In this document: one piece after another, positions 25,623-35,685 of the stretch
Position numbering within the stretch: the stretch's first letter is position 1
Layout: each line of letters opens with the position of its first letter
DNA from: Candidatus Bathyarchaeota archaeon
GTDB taxonomy: Archaea > Thermoproteota > Bathyarchaeia > TCS64
Reading direction: 5' to 3'
DNA: 64,000 bases
Assembly: GCA_018652685.1 (NCBI GenBank)
Contig: JABIBQ010000080.1
Span: 8,357 to 72,356, forward strand
Notes under the pieces: generated by a model
What the model was told of the DNA's origin: nothing
Databases searched by the model: none
The model's input: the letters and a program-made list of their open reading frames with translations, nothing else
Made by a program: the position numbers and the translations under genes

Positions 25623-27422
25623 TTAGGCTTTCTGCTCAGGAGGATTTGGGTCAACCCAGCTGAACTTTTTCTCAAGGGTTGCGCTGTAATAATTACGCCA
25701 ATCGTACTCCACCTTCTTACCCCACTCGAAGTAGACACGTGGGTCCACGTAGCTCTTGAGGCTAGTCCCCAGGTTATAATCCTTGGTCATCTCTTTGGCC
25801 TTGATCTGCAACCCAGCCTTCTCGATACCTTCCTTGTCCTTATGCTGCCGGGTCGCCATCCGCTCTTTGAGCTTTGCTATCGCGTCCCTGTGCTTCTGTT
25901 TGGTCTCCCTGATGCGCTTCCTGCCGTTCTTAATGACATTCTTCTTGCTGGCAATTCGGTTCTTGACGCCCTTCACCGCTTTCTCGGCCTTCTCCTTCAC
26001 AACCAACTCCGCCTTGTATTCAACAAGCTTGGCCTTGTCCGTCTCCAGCTTTGCCTCGTACTTTGCGACGCGATCGATGTACCTCTTATTGGTGTCCTTG
26101 ATGCGTTGCTTGTACTTCTTGATGTTTTCTCTGGCCCTCTGCTTCCTGGTCTTGAGGCGTTCCTTCTGGCGACCCAGGCTTTCTGCCCACGAAGCTGAGA
26201 TCGCCCTCTTGTGGTTACACGTCATGGCAGCCTCCAAGTTGGCAATCGTTGCAACGTGTTTCTTGTAATAATCAGGGGCATTGTCCGGAATATTCATGGA
26301 CTTGAGCTTGGATTGCACCGCATCGGTAGCGTGGCAAGTCCTGAAGACCTTGGCGGAGATTCCCTCCATGACCTCGTCAAGGAACTCGCTTACGACGCTG
26401 CTATTTACCTCGCTGAACAGGGGACCGTCCTTGCTGGCGCCCATAAACTCCTGGAGGTTAGCGGTTATCTGGTTGTCCAGCTTTGCGGTGAGTACCAGCC
26501 TGATACTGTCCTTTCCTAGGAAATCGAATGTAACCGAGCCGTCCTCGTTGACACAGATGTGCTCTGCCCTGAGGCTTGAGGCCCCGACCGTGTCCGCCTC
26601 CTCGGCCTCGTCCTTCTCGTCGCCAACCCTGAATTTTAAATCGTTGATGAGGTAGCAGACCGTAGCGGTCTTTCTCCGCTTAACCGTCTCGTCCACGAGA
26701 TTTGCCTTGATGTGATTCCTGATCTTTCTCAGGTTCTTCCTCAACTCGATGGCCTTGTTGAACTTGGCTATCTCGGTTTTCTGCTTGACGGGGCTGCTGT
26801 CGTGTGGCCAGACGTACTTCATCTTCTCAGTCAACTTGTCCTTCCACTTAGCGACCCAGATGCTATCTGGGTCCCAGTCCACCCTGAGCCAGTCACCCTC
26901 TGGAAGGGGAACATCCCTGCTGTGGTTAAGTATGACATCATTGTGCCTGGGGCCCTCCTTCCACTTGCCCCTGAAGGGGTGTTCGCCCCTTCCCATGAAT
27001 ATGCTGCTAGGCTCAACCATGTAGTTGCCCAGCTCGCATCGGTCGCCGTCGATGATCGCGTAGCCGTACTTTTCCTTGTTGGCCTCGCGGATCACCTTTC
27101 TTTCCGCCGCGAGGAGTTTCTTCTCCTCACGTGGTAACGCTTTCTTGAACTCTCTTTCGGCTACCACGTCGGCGTATATTTCTGAGTAATCTACGTCAAC
27201 ATGCCGAATCTTCTCTCCCATTAACTCGCTGAGGCCGTTGTGGAAATTCTTTTTGAAAACAGGGTCATCCACGTAGGGAGTTCCGATTTTCTTCGCCCAA
27301 GCAACGATACGCTCCTCCTCGACTGGCTTAAGTTTACGTAGTTCTCCTTTGATTATCACTGAATACCCCCTTGGTTCGTATATAGGAGGTACCATGACGC
27401 CGTTATGATGCATTGATTCCAT
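25623..27422 (-). CDS. DNA topoisomerase IB (eukaryote-like)
   Basis: HNGV, FMGRGEHP, FRVGDEK, FDFLGKDSI, AKVFRT, CNH, GTSLKSYVDPR: all five catalytic residues present. Confidence 0.95.
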   Translation of the reverse strand: MESMHHNGVMVPPIYEPRGYSVIIKGELRKLKPVEEERIVAWAKKIGTPYVDDPVFKKNFHNGLSELMGEKIRHVDVDYSEIYADVVAEREFKKALPREEKKLLAAERKVIREANKEKYGYAIIDGDRCELGNYMVEPSSIFMGRGEHPFRGKWKEGPRHNDVILNHSRDVPLPEGDWLRVDWDPDSIWVAKWKDKLTEKMKYVWPHDSSPVKQKTEIAKFNKAIELRKNLRKIRNHIKANLVDETVKRRKTATVCYLINDLKFRVGDEKDEAEEADTVGASSLRAEHICVNEDGSVTFDFLGKDSIRLVLTAKLDNQITANLQEFMGASKDGPLFSEVNSSVVSEFLDEVMEGISAKVFRTCHATDAVQSKLKSMNIPDNAPDYYKKHVATIANLEAAMTCNHKRAISASWAESLGRQKERLKTRKQRARENIKKYKQRIKDTNKRYIDRVAKYEAKLETDKAKLVEYKAELVVKEKAEKAVKGVKNRIASKKNVIKNGRKRIRETKQKHRDAIAKLKERMATRQHKDKEGIEKAGLQIKAKEMTKDYNLGTSLKSYVDPRVYFEWGKKVEYDWRNYYSATLEKKFSWVDPNPPEQKA

Positions 27423-27535
27423 TCTACGACCTCTAATAGCTTTGATATGATTCCCCGTTTTTTTTAAAGGTTTTTAACAGAGTCCCGGAACCGCGCATAC
27501 AAGTAACGGTAATATGGCACCATGCTGATACGGTT

Positions 27536-28492
27536 TTGATGTCAGAAGGAGGACGGATCCAGAAGGACGACCTCAAGAGCGTCCTGCTGCTGGTTATAAT
27601 GTTCATCTCAGTGATAGGTGGACGGGAGATCGGGAACTTTTACTCCAGCTTCCGGGACATCTCCAACCTCAAGGTCTTCTTCGAGGTCCAGGAGGAGGAG
27701 CTTTCTAGGTACCTGAGGAACACTGTTGATGGAATAGAGACTGACCTTAAGATCGGCTACTCCGTCGCCTCGCTCAGGGTTGACACCTCGGAGGACCTCG
27801 TCACCACGACGCCCGATTATATCAAACGGTGGATCATTGGAGTAACGGTGAGCCCTATTACAGTCAATCAGCCCGAGGCGTCAAATGTGGAGTTAGAGAT
27901 GCTGGTGGAGGACCAGTTGGTGGACCAGGATACCTACGAGTACCCCAAGGAGAAGATCAGTTACATCGGACTCCGTGATAAAAGCATACAGATTGAGATC
28001 GATGACACCGAGCTACTGAGGCAATTAGTATCAGAAGCGGCAGAGACGTACGCAGGTGAGGTCAAGGTGGAGTTCAGAGGCAGGGTTCATGTCCATCTGT
28101 TGTTCCTTGATACTTGGTTGCCGTTCCAGGTAAGCCGCCATACCCTGGTGAGCATCCCACGTCTACAATACATTGACTCAGAGTGGCAGAGTATGTCAGG
28201 TGAGAATATTGAGACGATTGAAGCTGGTTCCAGTGGCTACATCGGGCTTGATGTGAGCAATCCAACCCGCATCCACAGCCTCCAGGAGGAAATGGTTTGC
28301 GAGTTCTTCAAGGACGGCTCTGATGAGCCTGTTACCTCTGTGATTAAGGAGGTCAACATGCCCCCGTTGAATACAGGTCAGTACGTCTTCCAGTTCAGCT
28401 TCACCGAGCCAGGTGTCTACAGGTACAGGATTCAATCGGGAGGAAGGACCATTGTTGAGGCTTCTGATTCACGGACGATAGTAGTGGATTAA
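27536..28492 (+). CDS. Hypothetical protein with N-terminal membrane anchor
   Basis: 318-aa ORF, N-terminal TM, beta-rich C-terminus (FSFTEPGVYRY). Confidence 0.6.
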   Translation: MMSEGGRIQKDDLKSVLLLVIMFISVIGGREIGNFYSSFRDISNLKVFFEVQEEELSRYLRNTVDGIETDLKIGYSVASLRVDTSEDLVTTTPDYIKRWIIGVTVSPITVNQPEASNVELEMLVEDQLVDQDTYEYPKEKISYIGLRDKSIQIEIDDTELLRQLVSEAAETYAGEVKVEFRGRVHVHLLFLDTWLPFQVSRHTLVSIPRLQYIDSEWQSMSGENIETIEAGSSGYIGLDVSNPTRIHSLQEEMVCEFFKDGSDEPVTSVIKEVNMPPLNTGQYVFQFSFTEPGVYRYRIQSGGRTIVEASDSRTIVVD

Positions 28493-28569
28493 TTTAGTAT
28501 CAACCGACTATTTCTTATATATAATAAAAGTCAAATTATTATAGGGCAAGTTTTCATTATGGGGAGTTC

Positions 28570-29835
28570 ATGTTGGGGACTGAGAGAGAAGTAGACCACA
28601 AGACTCTCGCAATTGATATCCTCCAGTCATTGAACAGGGCCTCCAGCAGGATGGACGCGATAAGGGAAATCCTGATGCACCTGAAAAGACACCTGAAGGT
28701 TTCAGCCACCGCCATCAGGCTCCAGGAGGGACAAGACTACCCCTACTTCGTTTTCGACGGGTTTAGTGACATGCACATCGAGATGGAGAACAGCCTATGC
28801 GGGAGGGACTCCGAAGGAAATATCCTCGTGGATGAGTCAGGTGAGCCGCTCCTAGAATGCATGTGCGGGAAGGTTTTACGGGGAAATACCTCTCCAGACC
28901 AGCCCTTCTTCACCGAGTACGGCAGCTTCTGGTCAAACAACACGGATAACCTACTCGCAGATTCCGACCCTGCGGCTTTGGGTGAAACGAGAGACGTATG
29001 TAACGCGCAGGGATATCTATCTGTGGCCCTACTACCCCTGAAAAATAAAGATGGGACCATCGGGCTTCTCCAGCTCAACGACATGGAGCCAAACAGGTTC
29101 AGCGAAGATTTGATCTGGTTCCTAGAGGGCATCGGTGAAAGCATCGGTATCGCTCTGGCACACCTCGAAGAGGAGAATAGGAGAAAGGAAGTAGAGGTGG
29201 AGCGCAGGCGGCTTCTTTACCAGTATAGACTCAGGATCAGCCAGCTGGATACCCTGTACAGGATCAGCAAAATCCATGAGAACAAAGACATCTCACTGGA
29301 CGAAACGCTGAACATGATAGCCACCCTGATCCCTGGGGCGTTGCAGCACCCTGACATCGCGGTGGCCCTGCTAACCGTCGAGGATAGAAAGTACCCTACT
29401 GACCAGAAAGTTGAGCTGGGTTACAGGTACAGCGCAATAATCCAGTCATACGGGGTTGTTCTGGGTACTCTCGCTATTAGCTACACGGAGCAGATGCCGA
29501 AGGAGTTCAAGGGTCCTTTCCTGGAAGAGGAAATCCAGCTCGTGAACCTGATAGCCGAGACGGTCTCAAGGATCGTCGAGCAGTCCAAGGGAGGGGACTG
29601 GAACAGGTCAATCGACCAGTACGCTCTGGTAATGGACAAGGACGAGATAAGCCACATTATGAAGCTGGTAGTAGAGGATACAGCCATAGGAGAGATGGAC
29701 AGGGAGGAGTACGACATCAACGATGTGCCAACTGACACGTCCCAGACAATGGACTCGTACATCAAGCTCAGCCACACCCTGGAGGTAAACAGGGATTTGA
29801 TCCAGAAACTCAAAAACCTGCTGAGCGGGGAGTAG
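28570..29835 (+). CDS. GAF-domain sensor protein without recognisable output domain
   Basis: DYPY...ENSLC...LECMCG...FFTEYGSFW...CNAQGYLSVALLPL...GLLQLND GAF-like domain, then a second GAF-like segment (GPFLEEE). Confidence 0.65.
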   Translation: MLGTEREVDHKTLAIDILQSLNRASSRMDAIREILMHLKRHLKVSATAIRLQEGQDYPYFVFDGFSDMHIEMENSLCGRDSEGNILVDESGEPLLECMCGKVLRGNTSPDQPFFTEYGSFWSNNTDNLLADSDPAALGETRDVCNAQGYLSVALLPLKNKDGTIGLLQLNDMEPNRFSEDLIWFLEGIGESIGIALAHLEEENRRKEVEVERRRLLYQYRLRISQLDTLYRISKIHENKDISLDETLNMIATLIPGALQHPDIAVALLTVEDRKYPTDQKVELGYRYSAIIQSYGVVLGTLAISYTEQMPKEFKGPFLEEEIQLVNLIAETVSRIVEQSKGGDWNRSIDQYALVMDKDEISHIMKLVVEDTAIGEMDREEYDINDVPTDTSQTMDSYIKLSHTLEVNRDLIQKLKNLLSGE

Positions 29836-29865
29836 CTTAAAACTCCCCAAGGATGATTTATTTCC

Positions 29866-31479
29866 ATGGTTTTACCCGATGATCTATGCGCCGATCTGGC
29901 GTTTTTAAATGGAAAAGTGTTCACCCTTGACGGCCATGGTCGAACAGTACAGGCCGTCTCGGTGAGGAACGGGAAGATTTTGCAAGTTGGTTCAGACGAA
30001 CACGTGAAAGAGTCAACGGGCGACAGGACCAAGATAGTTGACCTGAACGGCATGACGATGCTCCCTGGACTCATCGACAGCCACATGCACCCTGGCGGGA
30101 GCTGGGGGGCTTATCTGATCAGGGGCGTCGCGTGTGGACCGCATTTCAACTCCGTCGAGGGGATGCTTGAAGCCATCAGGGAAAAAGTCCAGGATACTCC
30201 CCCTGGGAACTGGGTCCTCGGGTATCGGATGGATGACGTTAAGATGGGGCGGTACCCCACGAGGGGGGAGCTAGACGAGGTTTCCCCGGAGAACCCCCTC
30301 TACGTCCAGAGAAGGGATGGTCATAACGGGGTGGCCAACAGCCTGGCACTTGCAGAGGCTAACATAACAAGGGACACCCCGGACCCCCATCATGGTAAGA
30401 TCGAGAAGGACGCGGACGGCGAACCCAACGGACTGCTGAGGGAGACCGCAAAGGACATGGTCTACCACATCATGCCCCCGTACAGTTTCGATGAGTTCTA
30501 CAAAGGGCTCCAGATAGTGTTCGATGAATGCATCAGCCTGGGACTCACCAGCATCCACGCCAGCATGGTGAGCCCGTTGGAGTTCAAGGCCATGCAGAAA
30601 CTGAAGAAGAATGGAAAACTGGGTATCCGGGTAGCTGTCCACATCAGCGGAAGGGACGAGGGCATGGTGGAGGGGGCGATAGCCGCAGGAATACTAACAC
30701 CTTTCGGGGACGACTGGCTCAAGATCACCGAGGCGGAGTGGGTCTTCGATACCAGCACAAGCGGCAGGACTGCAGCCTACTACGAGCCATACGTCGGCGA
30801 ACCAGACAACACCGGGATTCTCCTGTACGACCAGGATGACATCGAGAGGCGGGTCTGGGAGGCCCATGAGGCGGGAATCAGGGTCGGATTGGACGGTGTA
30901 GGAGACAGGGGCATCGATAGATCGCTGGACGCCATCGAGAAGGCTCTGGAGAAGCAGCCAAGAGAGGACCACAGGCACAGGATCGAGCACTGCTGCTACG
31001 TTACCCCTGCGATACAAGACAGGTTACTCAAGCTGAACGTGATTGATGCATCTGCAACCGGGTTCCACCACGACCTTGGAGACGCCTACAAGACCAACAG
31101 GGGCGAGGAGGCCATGAAGTACATGTGGCCTCACAGAACTCTCATCGACAGGGGTATCCCTGCACCTGGCCACAGCGACGCCAGTATCTGCGACGCCAAC
31201 CCGTGGCTCGCCATTTACAGCATGGTAACGAGAAAGACCAGCAGTGGGGACGTCCTCTACGCGCCTGAGGGCGTGAAGCCATTGGAGGCAATCAAGGCAT
31301 ACTCCATTGACGGAGCATACGCCGCGTGGGAGGAAGACATCAAGGGAACCATCGAGCCCGGCAAGCTAGCGGACATGGTGGTCGTTGACAGAGACCCAAC
31401 GGGGATAGAGCCCGATGAGATCAGGAACATCAAGAATCTGATGACTATTGTGGCGGGAAGAATAGTTTACGAGACCTAA
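29866..31479 (+). CDS. Amidohydrolase_3 family (YtcJ-like)
   Basis: PGLIDSHMH, DGHNGVANS, RHRIEH, HSD, GTIEPGKLAD. Confidence 0.88.
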   Translation: MVLPDDLCADLAFLNGKVFTLDGHGRTVQAVSVRNGKILQVGSDEHVKESTGDRTKIVDLNGMTMLPGLIDSHMHPGGSWGAYLIRGVACGPHFNSVEGMLEAIREKVQDTPPGNWVLGYRMDDVKMGRYPTRGELDEVSPENPLYVQRRDGHNGVANSLALAEANITRDTPDPHHGKIEKDADGEPNGLLRETAKDMVYHIMPPYSFDEFYKGLQIVFDECISLGLTSIHASMVSPLEFKAMQKLKKNGKLGIRVAVHISGRDEGMVEGAIAAGILTPFGDDWLKITEAEWVFDTSTSGRTAAYYEPYVGEPDNTGILLYDQDDIERRVWEAHEAGIRVGLDGVGDRGIDRSLDAIEKALEKQPREDHRHRIEHCCYVTPAIQDRLLKLNVIDASATGFHHDLGDAYKTNRGEEAMKYMWPHRTLIDRGIPAPGHSDASICDANPWLAIYSMVTRKTSSGDVLYAPEGVKPLEAIKAYSIDGAYAAWEEDIKGTIEPGKLADMVVVDRDPTGIEPDEIRNIKNLMTIVAGRIVYET

Positions 31480-31689
31480 GGCCAAACTCGGGAAAAAATC
31501 CCCGCCTTGCCTGCCATTGGTACTCAAATGGACTTGATTATACGCATAAGATGTGCCCTTTACCATAAATTAGGTAACCGGCAAAGCAAGGTGATAGTTT
31601 AAAAGCAACCACATGGATAAGTCGGCGTCTCCCTGACACATTGACAATCAATGATTGCCATTGTTTTCCTTCCAGACAGGGAGATATTC

Positions 31690-32460
31690 TTATCGGATAA
31701 CTGGCGTAGCCTTGGCCCAGTACTTCTCGTATAGGTCCTTGGCCCAGATATGCACTTGCGGGTCCTCGCTGACGAAGCCCCTGTAATCCATCCTTCCCTC
31801 GTTGGTGGGGAACCCAATCGCAGCCACCTTGCTCTCGTTGAGGGCCAGGAAAACGTTCACCTTGTCTGTCTTCCTTACCTGGAACTGCCCGCGATTAACG
31901 GCGTCCGCTATCACGGTGCCCCTATCGAACTCAGGGGGTACCACAATATCAGTTGGTTCAAGGAGCCTGAACTCTACACCCCGGGTCAGGGCATCTTCCC
32001 ATGCAGGTATGGCCGTGAGGATGTACTTGTCGGTGAGCCTGTAGATGTACTCCTGGGACTCCCTACCCATCTGCTCGATGAGGTGGAATATCACCATGAT
32101 GTCGTCGATGAACCTCGCCTCCCCAAGCTCCCCTATCCTCGACACGAACTCGGGGGGTATGCCAGTAAGGTCGTGGGTCTGGAAATAGGCTCTGTGGTTA
32201 CTGGTAAACATGAAGCCCTCGATCTGGGTCAGGGAAAGCTCGCCGTACCCGGTGAGGCTGTGGGTTCCGTTTGGATTCTTTTTAGTCAATCCCGTCTCCC
32301 CTAGCCTAGCCAGGTGTCTACTGGTCTCCTGGGTTGTGAGATCAAGCTCCCTGCTGAGGGCGGTGACCGTCATGTGGTCCTGCTGCAAGCGTTTGAGTAT
32401 GCGCAGTCTATCCTCGTTGCTGAACTCGAAGAACAAGGCACAGAGGCTTTCAATTGACAT
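31690..32460 (-). CDS. ArsR-like winged-HTH regulator with C-terminal DUF1724-like domain
   Basis: FFEFSNEDRLRIL...QETSRHLARL; IPPEFVSRIGEL; WAKDLYEKYW. Confidence 0.75.
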   Translation of the reverse strand: MSIESLCALFFEFSNEDRLRILKRLQQDHMTVTALSRELDLTTQETSRHLARLGETGLTKKNPNGTHSLTGYGELSLTQIEGFMFTSNHRAYFQTHDLTGIPPEFVSRIGELGEARFIDDIMVIFHLIEQMGRESQEYIYRLTDKYILTAIPAWEDALTRGVEFRLLEPTDIVVPPEFDRGTVIADAVNRGQFQVRKTDKVNVFLALNESKVAAIGFPTNEGRMDYRGFVSEDPQVHIWAKDLYEKYWAKATPVIR

Positions 32461-32552
32461 GGAACATATCTCCTATTTTTTCATCATTGATATTATTATC
32501 CCTAAATCATTCATGCAATGGGGTTAAACGGGTTTCCCTACAACACTGACTC

Positions 32553-32780
32553 ATGAGACACAGTTTCTCCGTTCAGATGAGTTCCACCGAGAGCGTATCG
32601 GATCTGGTGATAAACAGGAAGAAGGACAGGCTATTCATCGAAGGCGAGCTGGGGAAGATCGAGGAGGTGGAGTACATCGAGGGCAAGGTTCTTACAATCA
32701 CTGGCGAGAACGGTGTTCTCAGGATTGACATATGCAGGGAGACCCTGCAAAACGCGTTGACCCCGAAAGGAAAAACCTAG
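32553..32780 (+). CDS. Small hypothetical protein
   Basis: 75-aa ORF with protein-like composition, divergent from the HTH regulator. Confidence 0.6.
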   Translation: MRHSFSVQMSSTESVSDLVINRKKDRLFIEGELGKIEEVEYIEGKVLTITGENGVLRIDICRETLQNALTPKGKT

Positions 32781-32822
32781 GGTTATGTACTTCAACGAAT
32801 ACTGATCATGCAGTAAAAATCG

Positions 32823-33917
32823 GTGATTGAATTGAAGAGACCATTTGACTGGAAAATCTTGACCATCATCATGGCAGCATTCATCATTCTCATCGTGATG
32901 AACACATGGGCGGAAACAGACACTCCCCCAGAGGCCGCAGATCTTTCAGGTTACTGGCCGACGGACGGCTGGAAGTACGCCACACCAGAGCAGATGGGTT
33001 TGGATCCCAAGCCGTTGCAGGACATGGTCGATACCATCGAGTCAAGCTCGTTTAGCGTGGACAGTGTTATGGTCATCAAGGACGGATACGTCGTGCTTGA
33101 CGAGTACTTCGGCGGTTACGAGAAGGGAGAGCAACACATCATATACAGCTGTACCAAGAGCGTCGTATCCACAATCTTCGGAATCGCCCACGATAACGGA
33201 TTGATACCGGACCTTGACACAATGCTTCGTGTTATCTACCCGGATATAATCCCAGAGAATCCTGGAGATTGGAAGAACTCCATCACCCTCAGGGATCTCC
33301 TCATGATGTCAGGAGGTTTTGACGCGAGGGACAGCTGGCTCTACCAGTGGGAGGGTCTTGACGGGCTGCACGAGGCTGATGATGCTGTTGAGTACATGCT
33401 GGACCTGCCCATGAATTTTGAGCCGGGAAGCCGGTTCGAGTACACAAACGGGGTCAGTCACCTCCTCAGCTGCATCATTACCGAGCAGACAGGGGTTTCG
33501 GCAGCCGAGTACGCGGAAGAGCACTTGTTCGGTCCGCTGGGCATCAACGATTATACGTGGGAGGCCGACTCCCAGGGAAGGAACTGGGGTGACACCAGGA
33601 TATACTTCAATCCACACGACATGGCCAAGATAGGCTTCCTTTTCCTCAACTACGGGGAGTGGGACGGTGAGCAGGTTATCTCAGAGGAGTGGGTCAGGGA
33701 GGCCACGACACATAGAATCGACGCCAACATACTGGATGGGTACGGCTACCAGTGGTGGGTCGGGGATGGGTATTATCTTGCATTGGGCTACCAGGGGCAG
33801 TTCATTTTTGTCTACCCCGAGCATGATTTGATAATCGTCTTTACCAGCAGTTCACCGGAGACCTTTGATTACGCCATCAACCTACCTAATAAGTACGTTT
33901 TACCCGCGTTGGACTAG
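32823..33917 (+). CDS. Serine hydrolase, beta-lactamase/AmpC-like family, N-terminal anchor
   Basis: SCTK (SxxK), LLMMSGG, PGSRFEYTN (YxN), YGYQWW, ALGYQGQ. Confidence 0.88.
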   Translation: MIELKRPFDWKILTIIMAAFIILIVMNTWAETDTPPEAADLSGYWPTDGWKYATPEQMGLDPKPLQDMVDTIESSSFSVDSVMVIKDGYVVLDEYFGGYEKGEQHIIYSCTKSVVSTIFGIAHDNGLIPDLDTMLRVIYPDIIPENPGDWKNSITLRDLLMMSGGFDARDSWLYQWEGLDGLHEADDAVEYMLDLPMNFEPGSRFEYTNGVSHLLSCIITEQTGVSAAEYAEEHLFGPLGINDYTWEADSQGRNWGDTRIYFNPHDMAKIGFLFLNYGEWDGEQVISEEWVREATTHRIDANILDGYGYQWWVGDGYYLALGYQGQFIFVYPEHDLIIVFTSSSPETFDYAINLPNKYVLPALD

Positions 33918-34534
33918 TCTTCGGCGTCCAGATCAGCGAAAAGCTGCTCGATGATCATTTGCTCGCGTCGTTTCGTGAGGATCTCGTGCCAGTATAGCTG
34001 ACTGCTCGCGGTCAGTAACGCGCCCATGACACTGACCTCGGTGATGAACATGCCCAACTCTTGATAACCAGTGGAGCCCAGGGAGAAGTATGGGTGGATG
34101 AACTCGAATGTGGTCATGACCATCCCGAACGCGAACACCACGTTGAGCAGTATCAGGGCGCCTGTGAGGAAAGAGCCGTACTTGGTGTAGGGCCAATCAG
34201 TCAACGACACGACTATCAGGAAAAGGGAGAGCACCGCGTAGAGTATGCCAAAGCCCCCCAACCTTTCTATCCTTACCCTCAGGACGTTCATCACGAGGAA
34301 AATGAGCATCGTTCCGCTGTTCCATAAGCCGAGGAACTTGAATGGTTCCTTGCTGTCCCTCCAGAGCCACACCCAGCTGAAGCAAAGGGTGATCGGGATG
34401 ACCCCGAAGCTTGTTACCTTGAGTATGATATATGTGAGTATGTTGTCAAGGCTCAGGTTGAACATGATGAACAACGCGGACGCCAGCCCAAGGACCATGA
34501 TAGTCGCAAAGTTCCTGAGATAAATCCTTCTCAC
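33914..34534 (-). CDS. Hypothetical membrane protein
   Basis: 206 aa, about 6 TM helices. Confidence 0.6.
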   Translation of the reverse strand: MRRIYLRNFATIMVLGLASALFIMFNLSLDNILTYIILKVTSFGVIPITLCFSWVWLWRDSKEPFKFLGLWNSGTMLIFLVMNVLRVRIERLGGFGILYAVLSLFLIVVSLTDWPYTKYGSFLTGALILLNVVFAFGMVMTTFEFIHPYFSLGSTGYQELGMFITEVSVMGALLTASSQLYWHEILTKRREQMIIEQLFADLDAED

Positions 34535-34569
34535 ACTTTCAAGTTGATCTGATGGATAATAAGAGGTTG

Positions 34570-35187
34570 CTAAGGGAGCTTGGATGCCGTGAGGTCAGCC
34601 GCTATCTCAAGGGCTTTGGCAGAGTCAAGGAGGCTCATGGATGGGTTCCTTGACCCCACTGCGTTCTCCGGGAGTCTAGGGACGTGTATGAATCCCCCGG
34701 GTATGCCCAGGTTCTTCTCGGCGATATAGTCCATGAGGTGGTAGAACACGAGGTTGCACCCCTGGGTACCGGCGGAGTTGCTGATATGGGCTGGTATCCC
34801 TTCATCCTTAATCTTCTCAACGATCTCCCTGACTGGAAGTGTTGACCAGTATGCAGTTGGTCCATCGGGATTCAGGGCCTGGTCCAACCGCTCATAACCA
34901 AAGTTGACCCTGCCGTCGGCACTGCCTACGTTGATGGCGACGCGTTCGACGGGGATGTCTGTGGCGATGCTTGAGACGCCTGTACAGATCACGGCGGCTG
35001 GCTGATGCTTGTCAACGAGACCCCTGATGATGTCCCTGACCTCGGCGTACTTCATAGGCATCTCCTCGATAACCACCTCGTACCCGTTGTACTCCATCCC
35101 CTCAAGGAGCCTGATGGCCTCCATGCTGGGGTTTCTCTTCATATCAAGGAACGGCTCGTAGCCTGTCAGCAGAATCTTGCCTTTCAT
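34570..35187 (-). CDS. pcp: Pyroglutamyl-peptidase I (C15)
   Basis: LLTGYEPF, NPS, ERVAIN, SAGTQGCN, GFIHVP: catalytic E/C/H. Confidence 0.92.
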   Translation of the reverse strand: MKGKILLTGYEPFLDMKRNPSMEAIRLLEGMEYNGYEVVIEEMPMKYAEVRDIIRGLVDKHQPAAVICTGVSSIATDIPVERVAINVGSADGRVNFGYERLDQALNPDGPTAYWSTLPVREIVEKIKDEGIPAHISNSAGTQGCNLVFYHLMDYIAEKNLGIPGGFIHVPRLPENAVGSRNPSMSLLDSAKALEIAADLTASKLP

Positions 35188-35270
35188 AGTAGCTTGGTAA
35201 AGTGGCTGAGGTTATTTAGATTTTGAGAAAAAGGAGATAACTTCAAAATACAGTATTCGAATCTTCTACT

Positions 35271-35630
35271 ATGGACATAACAACAATCATTACTCAAATC
35301 ATTGGAGAACTGATTATCTCGGCACCAGCCCTCTGGTTAGCTGGGAGATGGAGGGTGGGAGCCGAGAGGGCAAAGTTCACCGATGCACTGTGGATTACAG
35401 CCGTTGGCGTGGTCGTGAGCGTGGCCACCAACGAGTTCGTTGGTGCGGGTATCGGTAGCATCATCCAGCTTGTTGTGTATCTCTACTTGGTGCAGAAATA
35501 CTACGAGACTGACTGGGTTAACGCTGCCGTAATAGCAGTGGTAACCGTGGTTATCCTTTTCGTGGCCACTATTGTCCTGGCCATGGTTGGGATAGCAATA
35601 CTAGGGCCAGGTCTAGCGGGTTTAGTCTAA
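35271..35630 (+). CDS. Hypothetical membrane protein
   Basis: 119 aa, 4 hydrophobic segments. Confidence 0.6.
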   Translation: MDITTIITQIIGELIISAPALWLAGRWRVGAERAKFTDALWITAVGVVVSVATNEFVGAGIGSIIQLVVYLYLVQKYYETDWVNAAVIAVVTVVILFVATIVLAMVGIAILGPGLAGLV

Positions 35631-35685
35631 TACTACTCCTTTTTTCCAATATAACCTCAAATCTTTGTTTACGCTATCATAAGGG

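Noticed and set aside
32823..33917. Beta-lactamase as an antibiotic resistance gene
   Set aside because: SxxK/YxN serine hydrolases are broad esterases/amidases and archaea lack the beta-lactam target
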